In this document: piece after piece, positions 38,470 through 46,543 of the stretch
Layout: each line of letters starts with the position of its first letter
Numbering within the stretch: the stretch's first letter is position 1
Assembly (NCBI GenBank): GCA_035549455.1
Contig: DASZQW010000032.1
Location: 46,960-110,959, forward strand
From: Rhizomicrobium sp.
GTDB taxonomy: Bacteria; Pseudomonadota; Alphaproteobacteria; Micropepsales; Micropepsaceae
DNA: 64,000 bases
Reading direction: 5' to 3'
Made by a program: the position numbers and the translations under genes
Notes under the pieces: generated by a model
What the model saw: only the letters and a program-made list of their open reading frames with translations
What the model was told of the DNA's origin: nothing
Database searches by the model: none

Positions 38470-38781
38470 ATGACCAAGCGCAGACGACGCGAATTGACCG
38501 GCACGCTGGAGGTGGACGGCTTTCCCCTGCGCTGGAGCCTGAAAAGCGAGCAGGTATGGGACGCCGGCGGCGACCATGTCGGGCTTCGCCTGTCGGTGGA
38601 ACGCAGCGACCAGAAAAAGCGCGAGCTGGTGCTGGAATATCCCTTCCGCGAAATGCCGGGCGGCAAGACCGAACGCCCCGACATCGACACCGCCCGGCTG
38701 GAGGTTGACATCCGCACCGCCATCGAAATGGGCTGGAAGCCCAATTCCCGCGGCCGCCCCTTTATCCTGATGTGCGACTGA
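38470..38781 (+). CDS. Hypothetical protein (103 aa)
   Basis: GC3-biased ORF filling the gap before flbT; no motif recognised. Confidence 0.65.
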   Translation: MTKRRRRELTGTLEVDGFPLRWSLKSEQVWDAGGDHVGLRLSVERSDQKKRELVLEYPFREMPGGKTERPDIDTARLEVDIRTAIEMGWKPNSRGRPFILMCD

Positions 38782-38791
38782 GCCGCCTTCC

Positions 38792-38807
38792 TTAACGGAA
38801 GGTAAAC
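38792..38807 (+). promoter_or_regulatory. Imperfect CtrA box upstream of flbT
   Basis: TTAA-N7-TAAAC, plus a GTTAAC half-site near 38836. Confidence 0.45.
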
Positions 38808-38884
38808 GCAAAGCCTGCAAAACCGCAGGTCTTTGTTAACCCCCCTATGCCTATTGTGCCTTCTGATCGAGAAGGAAGGGCGCA

Positions 38885-39280
38885 ATGCCGCTGAAACTAT
38901 CGTTAAAGCCGGGTGAGAAGTTCGTGCTGAACGGCGCGGTTCTCGCCAATGGCGACAAGCGCACCAGCCTGGTGATCCAGAACAAGGCCTGCGTGCTGCG
39001 TGAAAAAGACATCATGCAGCCCAAGAACGCCAACACGCCGGCGCGACGCATCTACCTGGCCATCATGATGATGTATCTGGATGGCGAGGCCAGCGAAGAG
39101 CCCTACAACGAATTTGCCCTGCGCATGACCGAATTCATGGGCGCGGTCTCGACCCCCAACGTGCTGGCCAGCTGCGTCGAAATCAGCCGCGATGTATCCC
39201 AGGGCGCCTATTACAAGGCGCTGATCGCCTGCCGCAAGCTTTTCGATTTTGAACAGGAGCGCTTGAGCTATGAGCCTTAA
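38885..39280 (+). CDS. flbT: Flagellar biosynthesis repressor FlbT
   Basis: MPLKLSLKPGEKFVLNGAV, LRE.DI, TPARR.Y and YYKAL..CRKL..FE motifs. Confidence 0.93.
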   Translation: MPLKLSLKPGEKFVLNGAVLANGDKRTSLVIQNKACVLREKDIMQPKNANTPARRIYLAIMMMYLDGEASEEPYNEFALRMTEFMGAVSTPNVLASCVEISRDVSQGAYYKALIACRKLFDFEQERLSYEP

Positions 39281-39617
39281 CGCCTACAAGAACACACAGA
39301 TTGCAACCGAAGATCCCCGCGTCACCGAATACCGCCTGTTCGGCCAGGTCACCGGCGCGCTTCTGAACGCCAAGCAGAGCAACGCCAGCGGCACGCCGCT
39401 GGTCGAAGCGGTGGACTGGAACAGGAAGCTGTGGCGCACCCTGGCGGCCGACTGCATGGACGACCGCAACACCCTGACCCAGGAAGTGCGCGCCAAGATC
39501 ATCTCGCTGTCGCTGTGGGTGTCGAAATATTCCCGCAGCGTGACGCGCGAAAAGGCGCCGCTGGATCCGCTGATCGAGATCAACCGCAACATCATGCAGG
39601 GCCTGCAGGCCGGCTAA
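39270..39617 (+). CDS. flaF: Flagellar biosynthesis regulator FlaF
   Basis: E.PR..EYRLF.QVT, A.DWNRKLW, N.L..E.RA.IISL.LWV and PLI.INRNIMQGL motifs. Confidence 0.92.
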   Translation: MSLNAYKNTQIATEDPRVTEYRLFGQVTGALLNAKQSNASGTPLVEAVDWNRKLWRTLAADCMDDRNTLTQEVRAKIISLSLWVSKYSRSVTREKAPLDPLIEINRNIMQGLQAG

Positions 39618-39639
39618 TTCGGCGGACAGTTTGAATTGG

Positions 39640-39671
39640 AAAAGCCGGTGCCCTAGCGCCGGCTTTTTTTT
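39640..39671 (+). terminator. Intrinsic terminator after flaF
   Basis: AAAAGCCGG...CCGGCTTTT followed by a T run. Confidence 0.8.
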
Positions 39672-39780
39672 CCCCATCCGTCACAACTCGAGTCGGCTTA
39701 CGCCGACATCTCGTTGCGCCGTTTGGCTTGCTTGGCTGCAAGCCTCACTCCCCCGCCGCCACTCCGCTCGCGGGGGAAGG
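39672..39780. repeat. Family A palindromic element
   Basis: CCCCATCCGTCACAACTCG...CTCGTTGCG...CTCCCCCGC...GCGGGGGAAGG; matches 37301. Confidence 0.7.
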
Positions 39781-39825
39781 AAGCTGGTGGATGCTGCGGG
39801 TCGCGCTGCGGATGCGGCGCTCGAG

Positions 39826-39940
39826 CCCGGAAAAATTTGCCGCTGTGGCAGTTCATGCCTAACAAGGGCTGCGGGCTTAACGAAATTAATACAACAATAA
39901 CAATAACTTGACGGGTTAATGGGCTGGCACGGGCGTTGCA
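39826..39940 (+). promoter_or_regulatory. ftr-like site plus sigma54 promoter of flagellin 1
   Basis: CCCGGAAAAATTTGCCGCT (39826-39844); TGGCAC-GGGCG-TTGCA (39925-39940); AT-rich spacer between them. Confidence 0.8.
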
Positions 39941-40010
39941 AAAGTTCCGGCGGGCCATGCCCAAGGACCCGCAGAAGGCGCGGTCCACCACCAGTAGAAC
40001 GGAGAACGCC

Positions 40011-40838
40011 ATGTCTTTTAGCGTCAACACCAACAACGGCGCCGCGATGGCGCTGCAATACCTGAATCAGACCCAGGGTCAGCTTAATGCGACCCAGTCT
40101 GCCATCAACAGCGGTCTCAAGGTTGCGAATGCAAAGGATGATGGCGCGATCTACGCTATTGCCCAGAACCAGCGCGGCGCTGTGGCCGGTTATTCCTCGG
40201 TGATCAACAGCCTGAACAATGGCTCTTCTGCCATCGATGTCGCCCTGTCCGCGGGCCAGTCGATCTCGGACCTGTTGATCCAGTTGAAGCAGAAGGCGCT
40301 TTCCGCTGCTGACCCCTCGCTGGATACCGCGAGCCGCCAGGCACTGAACGCGAACTTCACGGCCCTGCGCGATCAGATCACCACGATCGTCAAGAACGCC
40401 GTCTTCAACAATTTCAACCTGGTTGACGGTTCGACGACTCAGGTTCAGGCGCTCGCGTCCGCTGACGGCACCCGCCGTATCACGGCCCAGGCCCAGAACA
40501 TGAAGCTGTCGGGTTCGATCGTGACGATCAAGACCACGTCCACGATTTCGACCCAGGCCAAGGCTTCGGCCTTGATCGCGACGATCCAGACCTCGCTGTC
40601 CAACGTCAACTCGGCCCTGGCCAAGCTGTCGTCCGGCGCCGCGAAGTTCTCGATCCAGGCGACCTTCACCCAGAAACTGTCGGATACCCTGACCGCCGGC
40701 ATCGGCAACCTGGTGGACGCCAACATGGCGACCGAAAGTGCCAGGCTGCAGTCGCTGCAGGTCAAGCAGCAGTTGGGCGTGCAGGCTCTGGCGATCGCCA
40801 ACCAGGCGCCCCAGACCATCCTGTCGCTGTTCAAGTAG
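40011..40838 (+). CDS. fliC: Flagellin 1 (short, Caulobacter-type, 275 aa)
   Basis: SVNTN..A..ALQ.L, SGLKVANAKDDGAIYAIA, GIGNLVDANMA.ESARLQSLQ.KQQLGVQAL.IANQAPQ.ILSLF. Confidence 0.95.
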   Translation: MSFSVNTNNGAAMALQYLNQTQGQLNATQSAINSGLKVANAKDDGAIYAIAQNQRGAVAGYSSVINSLNNGSSAIDVALSAGQSISDLLIQLKQKALSAADPSLDTASRQALNANFTALRDQITTIVKNAVFNNFNLVDGSTTQVQALASADGTRRITAQAQNMKLSGSIVTIKTTSTISTQAKASALIATIQTSLSNVNSALAKLSSGAAKFSIQATFTQKLSDTLTAGIGNLVDANMATESARLQSLQVKQQLGVQALAIANQAPQTILSLFK

Positions 40839-40873
40839 CCGATCCGACAGCCATCCCTTTCGAGGGGCAAGAG

Positions 40874-40904
40874 AAAGGGCGGTGCTTCGGCGCCGCCCTT
40901 TTTT
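40874..40904 (+). terminator. Intrinsic terminator after flagellin 1
   Basis: AAAGGGCGGTGC-TTCG-GCGCCGCCCTTT followed by Ts. Confidence 0.85.
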
Positions 40905-41046
40905 CTTGCCCGATCTTCACACGTGTTCACCATGGCGCTGTCTCGTCGTGAACCAGTATTTTCCGCAGTATTGCGGGCTTTCCATCATCGGCATTTGAGG
41001 CAAAGGGGAAGGAATTGCCGGGCTGACCCGGCAGAAATTTCCCCCT

Positions 41047-41164
41047 CCCGGCAATTTTTGCCGGGTCGGTCCGGTCCCCGGCAAAAGCCGCCGGAACCTG
41101 TTTGCCGACGCGGCGCAAATTCGATGTTTAACCAGACCTTACTCCAATCCGGCACGGCGCTTGC
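41047..41164 (+). promoter_or_regulatory. Tandem ftr-like sites plus sigma54 promoter of flagellin 2
   Basis: CCCGGCAA-TTT-TTGCCGGG (41047-41065), CCCGGCAAAAGCCGCCGGA (41077-41095), CGGCAC-GGCGC-TTGC (41150-41164). Confidence 0.8.
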
Positions 41165-41224
41165 CTTTGTTTCTGCGGGCAAAACGCCCAAGAGCAATGC
41201 TCGATACCAGAACGGAGAGACCCA

Positions 41225-42052
41225 ATGTCGTTTAGCGTCAACACCAACAATGCCTCCAATGTCGCCTTGCAGTATTTGTCGGCCACCCAGGGCCAGCTCG
41301 ACCAAACCCAGTCCCGCATCAACAGCGGCCTGAAAGTCGCCAACGCCCGTGATGACGGCGCGGTCTACGCGATCGCCCAGAACCAGCGCGGGGCGGTTGC
41401 CGGCTATACCTCGGTGATCAACTCCATCAACAACGGCACCTCGTCCATCGATGTTGCCTTGTCTGCCGGCCAGTCCATCTCGGACTTGCTGATCCAGCTG
41501 AAGCAGAAGGCCCTGTCGGCGGCTGACTCCTCGCTGGATACCGCCAGCCGTCAGGCCCTGAACGCCAACTTCACCGCCCTGCGCGATCAGATCACCACGA
41601 TCGTGAAGAATGCGGTGTTCAACGGCTTCAACCTGGTGGACGGTTCCACCAGCCAGGTGACTGCGCTGGCTTCGGCCGACGGCACCCGCCGCATCACGAC
41701 CTCTGCCCAGAACATGAAGCTGTCTGGCTCGATCGTGACCCTGAAGTCCACCGCCACGGTCTCGACCCAGGCCAAGGCCTCGGCCCTGGTCGCCACGATC
41801 CAGACCTCGCTGACCAACGTCAACGCGGCCCTGGCCAAGCTGTCGTCGGGCGCCGCGAAGTTCTCGATCCAGGCGACCTTCGCCCAGAAGCTGTCGGACA
41901 CGCTGACCGCGGGCATCGGCAACCTGGTCGACGCCAACATGGCGTCGGAAAGCGCCCGTCTGCAGAGCCTGCAGGTCAGGCAGCAGCTTGGCATCCAGGC
42001 GCTGTCGATCGCCAATCAGGCGCCGCAGACCATTCTGTCTCTGTTCCACTAA
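41225..42052 (+). CDS. fliC: Flagellin 2 (275 aa, tandem paralogue of flagellin 1)
   Basis: Same length and motifs as 40011-40838, with high visible identity. Confidence 0.95.
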   Translation: MSFSVNTNNASNVALQYLSATQGQLDQTQSRINSGLKVANARDDGAVYAIAQNQRGAVAGYTSVINSINNGTSSIDVALSAGQSISDLLIQLKQKALSAADSSLDTASRQALNANFTALRDQITTIVKNAVFNGFNLVDGSTSQVTALASADGTRRITTSAQNMKLSGSIVTLKSTATVSTQAKASALVATIQTSLTNVNAALAKLSSGAAKFSIQATFAQKLSDTLTAGIGNLVDANMASESARLQSLQVRQQLGIQALSIANQAPQTILSLFH

Positions 42053-42163
42053 GCCGTTGGCAGGGGCGATACGAAAGTATCGCCCCGCGCCAAACCGATG
42101 CCGGGGGACCGTAAGAATACGGCCTCCGCCCCGGGGCGAAGGGAATAACTTCTGGTGGGAAGT

Positions 42164-42204
42164 AAAAGCGAAGGACGGGCAGCCGGGGGGCGGCCCGTCC
42201 TTCG
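42164..42204 (-). terminator. Hairpin terminator for the convergent ATP-grasp-like gene
   Basis: 12-bp stem CGAAGGACGGGC/GCCCGTCCTTCG followed by CTTTT on the minus strand. Confidence 0.6.
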
Positions 42205-42208
42205 TGCT

Positions 42209-43003
42209 TTATGCGTCGGCGAGTGCCTGGCGAATGGCGGCGTCCAGCAGCTGGTCGCCCGCCAGCCGCGGCGACAATTCACTGACCTGCGCCACGCCCT
42301 GCTGCACGGCGATCCGGGCCACTACCGGGCCATCACTCAGGCCCACCGCGCTTGCGGCGCGGCCCAGCGCATCGCGCACTGCGTCATCGCCCAGCCAGGC
42401 GCCAGCCTGCATCAATCCCGCGACCAGCGCACCGCCCGCGTCTTCCTCGACCATCACCCGCTCGGTCGGCGATGCGGCGCGGGCCGCCAGGAAGGCGGCG
42501 GCGAAGTCCTCGACCTGCGCCAGCGCGGCCACCCCTTCAGGACCGCGATTCTCCACCGGCTTGACGATCAGGGCGCGGCCGCGCGCGATGACGGCGCGCT
42601 GCAATTCCTGGGGCGTGGAGATTTCCGCCGACCAGGGGCTGGCAATGCCGGCCGACTGGAAGCTGCGCTTGACTGCCAGCCGGTCGGCCAGCAATTCGGC
42701 GACATGCAGCGCGATGCCGGGCAGGCGCAGGCGCTGTGCCACCGTCGCCACGGTCAAGGGTGCGTCGGCCATCAGCACCACCCCGTCGATACGGCGGATC
42801 TTGCGGCTGTAGCGTTCGGCGGCGGCGGCGGTTTCGCTGGCGCCCTGAACATCGGCGATCAGACAGGAATCGGCGAAGGCGAAACCGGGCGCATGCGGAT
42901 CGGAATCGGAGACCACCACGGTCAGGCCCATCGCCTTGGCGGCTTGCGCGACGGCGGCGGCTTCCGGCCGCCCGGAAATGATCAGGAGGGTCTTGTCCGT
43001 CAC
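42209..43003 (-). CDS. Shortened, degenerate ATP-grasp fold protein
   Basis: AKAMGL.VVVSD.DP.APG...AD, LIVKPV.NRG.EGV, VMVEE and V.ELSPRLAG motifs; only 264 aa. Confidence 0.7.
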   Translation of the reverse strand: MTDKTLLIISGRPEAAAVAQAAKAMGLTVVVSDSDPHAPGFAFADSCLIADVQGASETAAAAERYSRKIRRIDGVVLMADAPLTVATVAQRLRLPGIALHVAELLADRLAVKRSFQSAGIASPWSAEISTPQELQRAVIARGRALIVKPVENRGPEGVAALAQVEDFAAAFLAARAASPTERVMVEEDAGGALVAGLMQAGAWLGDDAVRDALGRAASAVGLSDGPVVARIAVQQGVAQVSELSPRLAGDQLLDAAIRQALADA

Positions 43004-43059
43004 GGCGCGGGTGCGATCAGAGTGTTGGCGTCAGGACCGTGCATGCGAGTTCCATCCCA

Positions 43060-43075
43060 TTAACCGCTTCTTAGC
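43060..43075 (+). promoter_or_regulatory. Imperfect CtrA box in the divergent promoter of the glycosylation genes
   Basis: TTAA-N7-TTAGC with a further GGTTAA nearby in an AT-rich gap. Confidence 0.4.
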
Positions 43076-43098
43076 CATACCGACTTTAGATTTGGTTA

Positions 43099-44922
43099 AT
43101 GTTACAGGCCCATGCCGGCGAGACTATTCGCCCCGCGAGCGGACGCGAGCATATCAGGATCGTCGCCGTCATCCAGGCGCGCATGGGGTCCATGCGCCTG
43201 CCCGGCAAGGTGCTGCGGCCCATCGCGGGCCAGCCGCTGCTCTGGCACATCGTGCACCGGCTGAAGAAGTGCCGCCTGCTGGAGGATATCGCGGTGGCCA
43301 CCAGCACCAACCCCGCCGACGAGGCGATTGTGGAATGGTGCAACGCCAATGGCGTGATGGTGGTGCGCGGGCCGGAAGACGATGTCCTGGCGCGCTTCGC
43401 GACGGCGGCGGAAAAGCTGGACGCCGACATCATCCTGCGGGTCTCGTCCGATGCGCCCTTCATCGATCCGGGCTTTGTCGATCACCTGACCGCCACCCTG
43501 ATCGAGCAGGACGGTGACTATGTGGTCATGGAAGACGGCGCGGACTGCGCCCATGCGGGCGTCGATCCCTTCAGCCGCCGCGCCCTGGACCGGCTGATGA
43601 TGGATGCGCCGCACGACCGCTGCGCCCGCGAGCATGTCACCGGCTATTTCAAGCTGCATCCCGATTTCGTGAAAACCGTGCGGGCCGCCGCCTATCCGCC
43701 GCTGGCGGGCAAGGGGCCCAGCCTCACCATCGACACGCCGGGCGACCTGGCCCTGGCCGAGGCGCTGCATGCCCGGCTCGCGGCCCGTGCCGGCGAAGCC
43801 CAGCTTTCCGACCTGCTGCTGCTGGCGCGCGAGCCCGGCCTTGGCACGGGGCCAAAGACCTTGACCGGGTCGTCGGGGCGCCGCTCCGGCGGGTTGGCGC
43901 TGATCCGCTGCGACGGCGGCGGCAAATTCGGCTATGGCCATGTCAAGCGCATGGTGGGGCTGGCGCGCGCCCTGCGCGACCGCGAAGGCGTCGGCGCAAT
44001 GTTCGCGCTCAATGGCAGCGAGGACGCCGCCCAGCCGATCCGCCGCGCCGGCTTTGAATGCGTGATGTTGCATGGCGCCTCCGACCTCGAGACCCTGGTC
44101 GACGCCAACAGCCCCAACATGCTGCTGCTGGATGGCCGCGAAGGGCCGTCGCGGGCCGAACTGGAAAAACTCAAGCGCGGCGTCGCGGTGACGGCGGTGA
44201 TTGATGACGGCCATGACCGCCGCCTGGCGGCGGACTTCGCTTATTACCCGCCGGTACCGGGCGCGCAGGCGTTGGACTGGAGCGGCTCCAACACCCTGCC
44301 GCGGCTGGGCTGGGAATGGGCGTTGCTGGGACTGAACACCAATGCCGCGCCTTCGCGCGGTCTTGCTTCACGTCCCACCGTGCTGGTGGCGATGGGCGGC
44401 AGCGATCCCCATGGTCTGACCTTGCGCATGGCCAAGGCGCTGGGCGGCCTGGACCCGGCCTTCCGTATCCGCTTTGTCATCGGCACCGGCATGAAGAATG
44501 CCGCCGCCGTGGCGCGCGGGCTGGTGACGCTGAAGGCCAATTACGAAACCGTCGAAGGCGCCGCCGATCTTTCCACCGAATATGCCAGCGCCGATGTGGC
44601 GCTGTGCGCCTTTGGCGTCACCGCCTATGAGCTGGCGGCGTTTGGCGTGCCCGCCATCTATCTGGGATTGAGCCAAGACCATGCCGCCTCGGCTGCGGCC
44701 TTCGCCGATGCCGGGATGGGCATTTCCCTGGGCGTGGCCAGTGCAGCGCCGGATGCGCAGATCGCCGCCACCGTGCAATGGCTGCTGTCCCGGCCCGTGG
44801 CGCGGCGCGAGATGCGGGCCTGCGGCCTGTCGCTGATCGACGGCAATGGCGCGGCGCGCATCGCCGCCGACCTGGCCCATGCGCTGCAGCGGGCAGGAGC
44901 CCAGCGCAGCGCAGCCGGGTGA
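43099..44922 (+). CDS. SpsF/PseF-type cytidylyltransferase fused to a PseG/SpsG-type nucleotide-sugar hydrolase
   Basis: N-terminal IQARMGS.RLPGKVL, RGPEDDVL.RF and EHVT.Y; C-terminal RCDGG..FGYGHV.R, GGSDP and GVTAYELAAFGVP. Confidence 0.82.
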   Translation: MLQAHAGETIRPASGREHIRIVAVIQARMGSMRLPGKVLRPIAGQPLLWHIVHRLKKCRLLEDIAVATSTNPADEAIVEWCNANGVMVVRGPEDDVLARFATAAEKLDADIILRVSSDAPFIDPGFVDHLTATLIEQDGDYVVMEDGADCAHAGVDPFSRRALDRLMMDAPHDRCAREHVTGYFKLHPDFVKTVRAAAYPPLAGKGPSLTIDTPGDLALAEALHARLAARAGEAQLSDLLLLAREPGLGTGPKTLTGSSGRRSGGLALIRCDGGGKFGYGHVKRMVGLARALRDREGVGAMFALNGSEDAAQPIRRAGFECVMLHGASDLETLVDANSPNMLLLDGREGPSRAELEKLKRGVAVTAVIDDGHDRRLAADFAYYPPVPGAQALDWSGSNTLPRLGWEWALLGLNTNAAPSRGLASRPTVLVAMGGSDPHGLTLRMAKALGGLDPAFRIRFVIGTGMKNAAAVARGLVTLKANYETVEGAADLSTEYASADVALCAFGVTAYELAAFGVPAIYLGLSQDHAASAAAFADAGMGISLGVASAAPDAQIAATVQWLLSRPVARREMRACGLSLIDGNGAARIAADLAHALQRAGAQRSAAG

Positions 44923-44950
44923 TAAGCCGCGCGGCCTGAAGCAAGGCGAG

Positions 44951-46447
44951 CTAGAGCTTCGCCGTCACTTGTGCGAACACGGCGGCCCAATCTCCTCTTT
45001 GCAGCGGCATCACGCATGCGCAGGCCGGCGCGAAGGGTTCATATCTCTGGCCAAGCGCCGTCCAGCTTTCGCTGTACAGCACTTTGAACGTCGGCGTTCC
45101 GACGCCCGCCGCCAGCCAGGCCACAGCCGTGGGCGCGCTGACAACACCGTCCAGCGCCGCCATCAAAGCGGCCATGCGGTCCAGTTCATTCTTCTGGTCG
45201 ATGCCCGGCGGCACCAGGATCTTGCGGCCGCTCATCCTTTCCAGCGCCGCGATCTCTTCGGGTGCGGCGTCATACTGGAGGCTGACAAAATTGCGCGCCG
45301 TGTCGCGCAGGAAGGCGCCCCAGCTTTCCAGCGGTGCATATTGCAGGCTGCGATGTCCGCCGGACTTGCCGCTGCGCCAGCAGATGCCGACCGGCTTTTC
45401 GCCCAACAGGCTTTTCCACCGCGCCGCTTCGTCCGGCTCCGGCGTCAGGAAGCTGTGCGGCGCGGGAAACATGTCGAGGCTGGGGCGCAGATGGCGCGGC
45501 AGGCTGCCCATCAAGGTGACGGCATTGGCCCCGCCGCAGCCTTTCAGCCAGCCATAATCGCCCATGGCCACGCCGCCGATATCCTGGATCGCGGACGGCC
45601 TGACCGTGACGCCGGGAAAAGAGCGCGCAAACAGCGATACCAGCCGGGGTTCACACTCCAGCACCACGCTGCCGCCCTCGGCCCCGGCCCGTGCGGCGAG
45701 GTCGGGAATCAGTCCGGCAAACAGGATCTGGTCGCCCACGCCCTGTTCGGCCCGCACCAGCAGGCGGGTGCGCTTCAACGCGCCGCCGGTCCAGGGCGTC
45801 ATTTTTAAGGGCAGAAGGCGCCCGGCCATGGCGGGGACCTTGCCCGGCACATCGATGCGGGCGGCATAATCGCGCCAGCCGTCTTTCAGATCACCGTTCA
45901 GAAGATGCAGCACCGCCCGGTTCAGGCGGGCCTGGGCGTTGCGCGGCTCCGCCTTTAAGGCGGCATCGTACAGTGTTCGGGCCTGGGCGCGGTCACCCGC
46001 ATCGCACAGCATGTCGGCCAGGTTGGCCAGCGCCGGGGCGTAATCGGGACGCGCCTCCAGCGCGGCGCGGTAATGCGCCGCCGCCGCATCGTTATCGCCC
46101 TGCTCGCGCCGGGCGGAGCCCAGGGTCAGATGCAATTCGGGGCTTTGGGGATCGCGCGCCAGCGCCGGTTCCAAAAGGGCGATGGCGGCCTCGAACTGGC
46201 CTTGCGCCCGCAGCAGGTTGGCCAGGTTGACCAAGGCCTCAAGCCGGGCCGGTTCAAAGGCCAGAACCTTGCGGAAAAACTGCTCGGCGGCGCCCGACAG
46301 TCCCAGCGCCTGGGCAGTGTTGCCCAGCGCGAACAACACGCGCGTGTCGCCCGGCTGGTCCGCCAGCGCCACCTCGAACTGGGCGATGGCGTCGACATGC
46401 CGTCCGTGCGACGACAGCTTGATCCCCTGGGCATAGGCGGCGCTCAT
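44951..46447 (-). CDS. TPR + GT-B glycosyltransferase, FlmG-like flagellin glycosyltransferase
   Basis: About 6 TPR repeats, then EQGVGDQILFA, ECEPRL..LF.RSFP, GICWRSG, SLQY and AALMAALD.VVSAPTAV; sits in the flagellin locus with a CtrA box. Confidence 0.7.
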   Translation of the reverse strand: MSAAYAQGIKLSSHGRHVDAIAQFEVALADQPGDTRVLFALGNTAQALGLSGAAEQFFRKVLAFEPARLEALVNLANLLRAQGQFEAAIALLEPALARDPQSPELHLTLGSARREQGDNDAAAAHYRAALEARPDYAPALANLADMLCDAGDRAQARTLYDAALKAEPRNAQARLNRAVLHLLNGDLKDGWRDYAARIDVPGKVPAMAGRLLPLKMTPWTGGALKRTRLLVRAEQGVGDQILFAGLIPDLAARAGAEGGSVVLECEPRLVSLFARSFPGVTVRPSAIQDIGGVAMGDYGWLKGCGGANAVTLMGSLPRHLRPSLDMFPAPHSFLTPEPDEAARWKSLLGEKPVGICWRSGKSGGHRSLQYAPLESWGAFLRDTARNFVSLQYDAAPEEIAALERMSGRKILVPPGIDQKNELDRMAALMAALDGVVSAPTAVAWLAAGVGTPTFKVLYSESWTALGQRYEPFAPACACVMPLQRGDWAAVFAQVTAKL

Positions 46448-46470
46448 GCCCCAAGCATTGCGCACGCCCC

Positions 46471-46486
46471 GTTAAGGCGTCGTTAA
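46471..46486 (-). promoter_or_regulatory. CtrA box (TTAA-N7-TTAAC) between the FlmG-like and FlaEY-like genes
   Basis: Minus strand TTAA-CGACGCC-TTAAC, a perfect consensus match. Confidence 0.8.
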
Positions 46487-46543
46487 GCGTGTTTTTTGCT
46501 TCATTAGCGCGGCCTTAACGCCCGGAATGCGAAATTTCCGCCC

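Noticed and set aside
40011-42052. Flagellin phase-variation or inversion switch
   Set aside because: Both copies are intact, co-oriented and have their own promoters; no invertase or inverted recombination sites seen.
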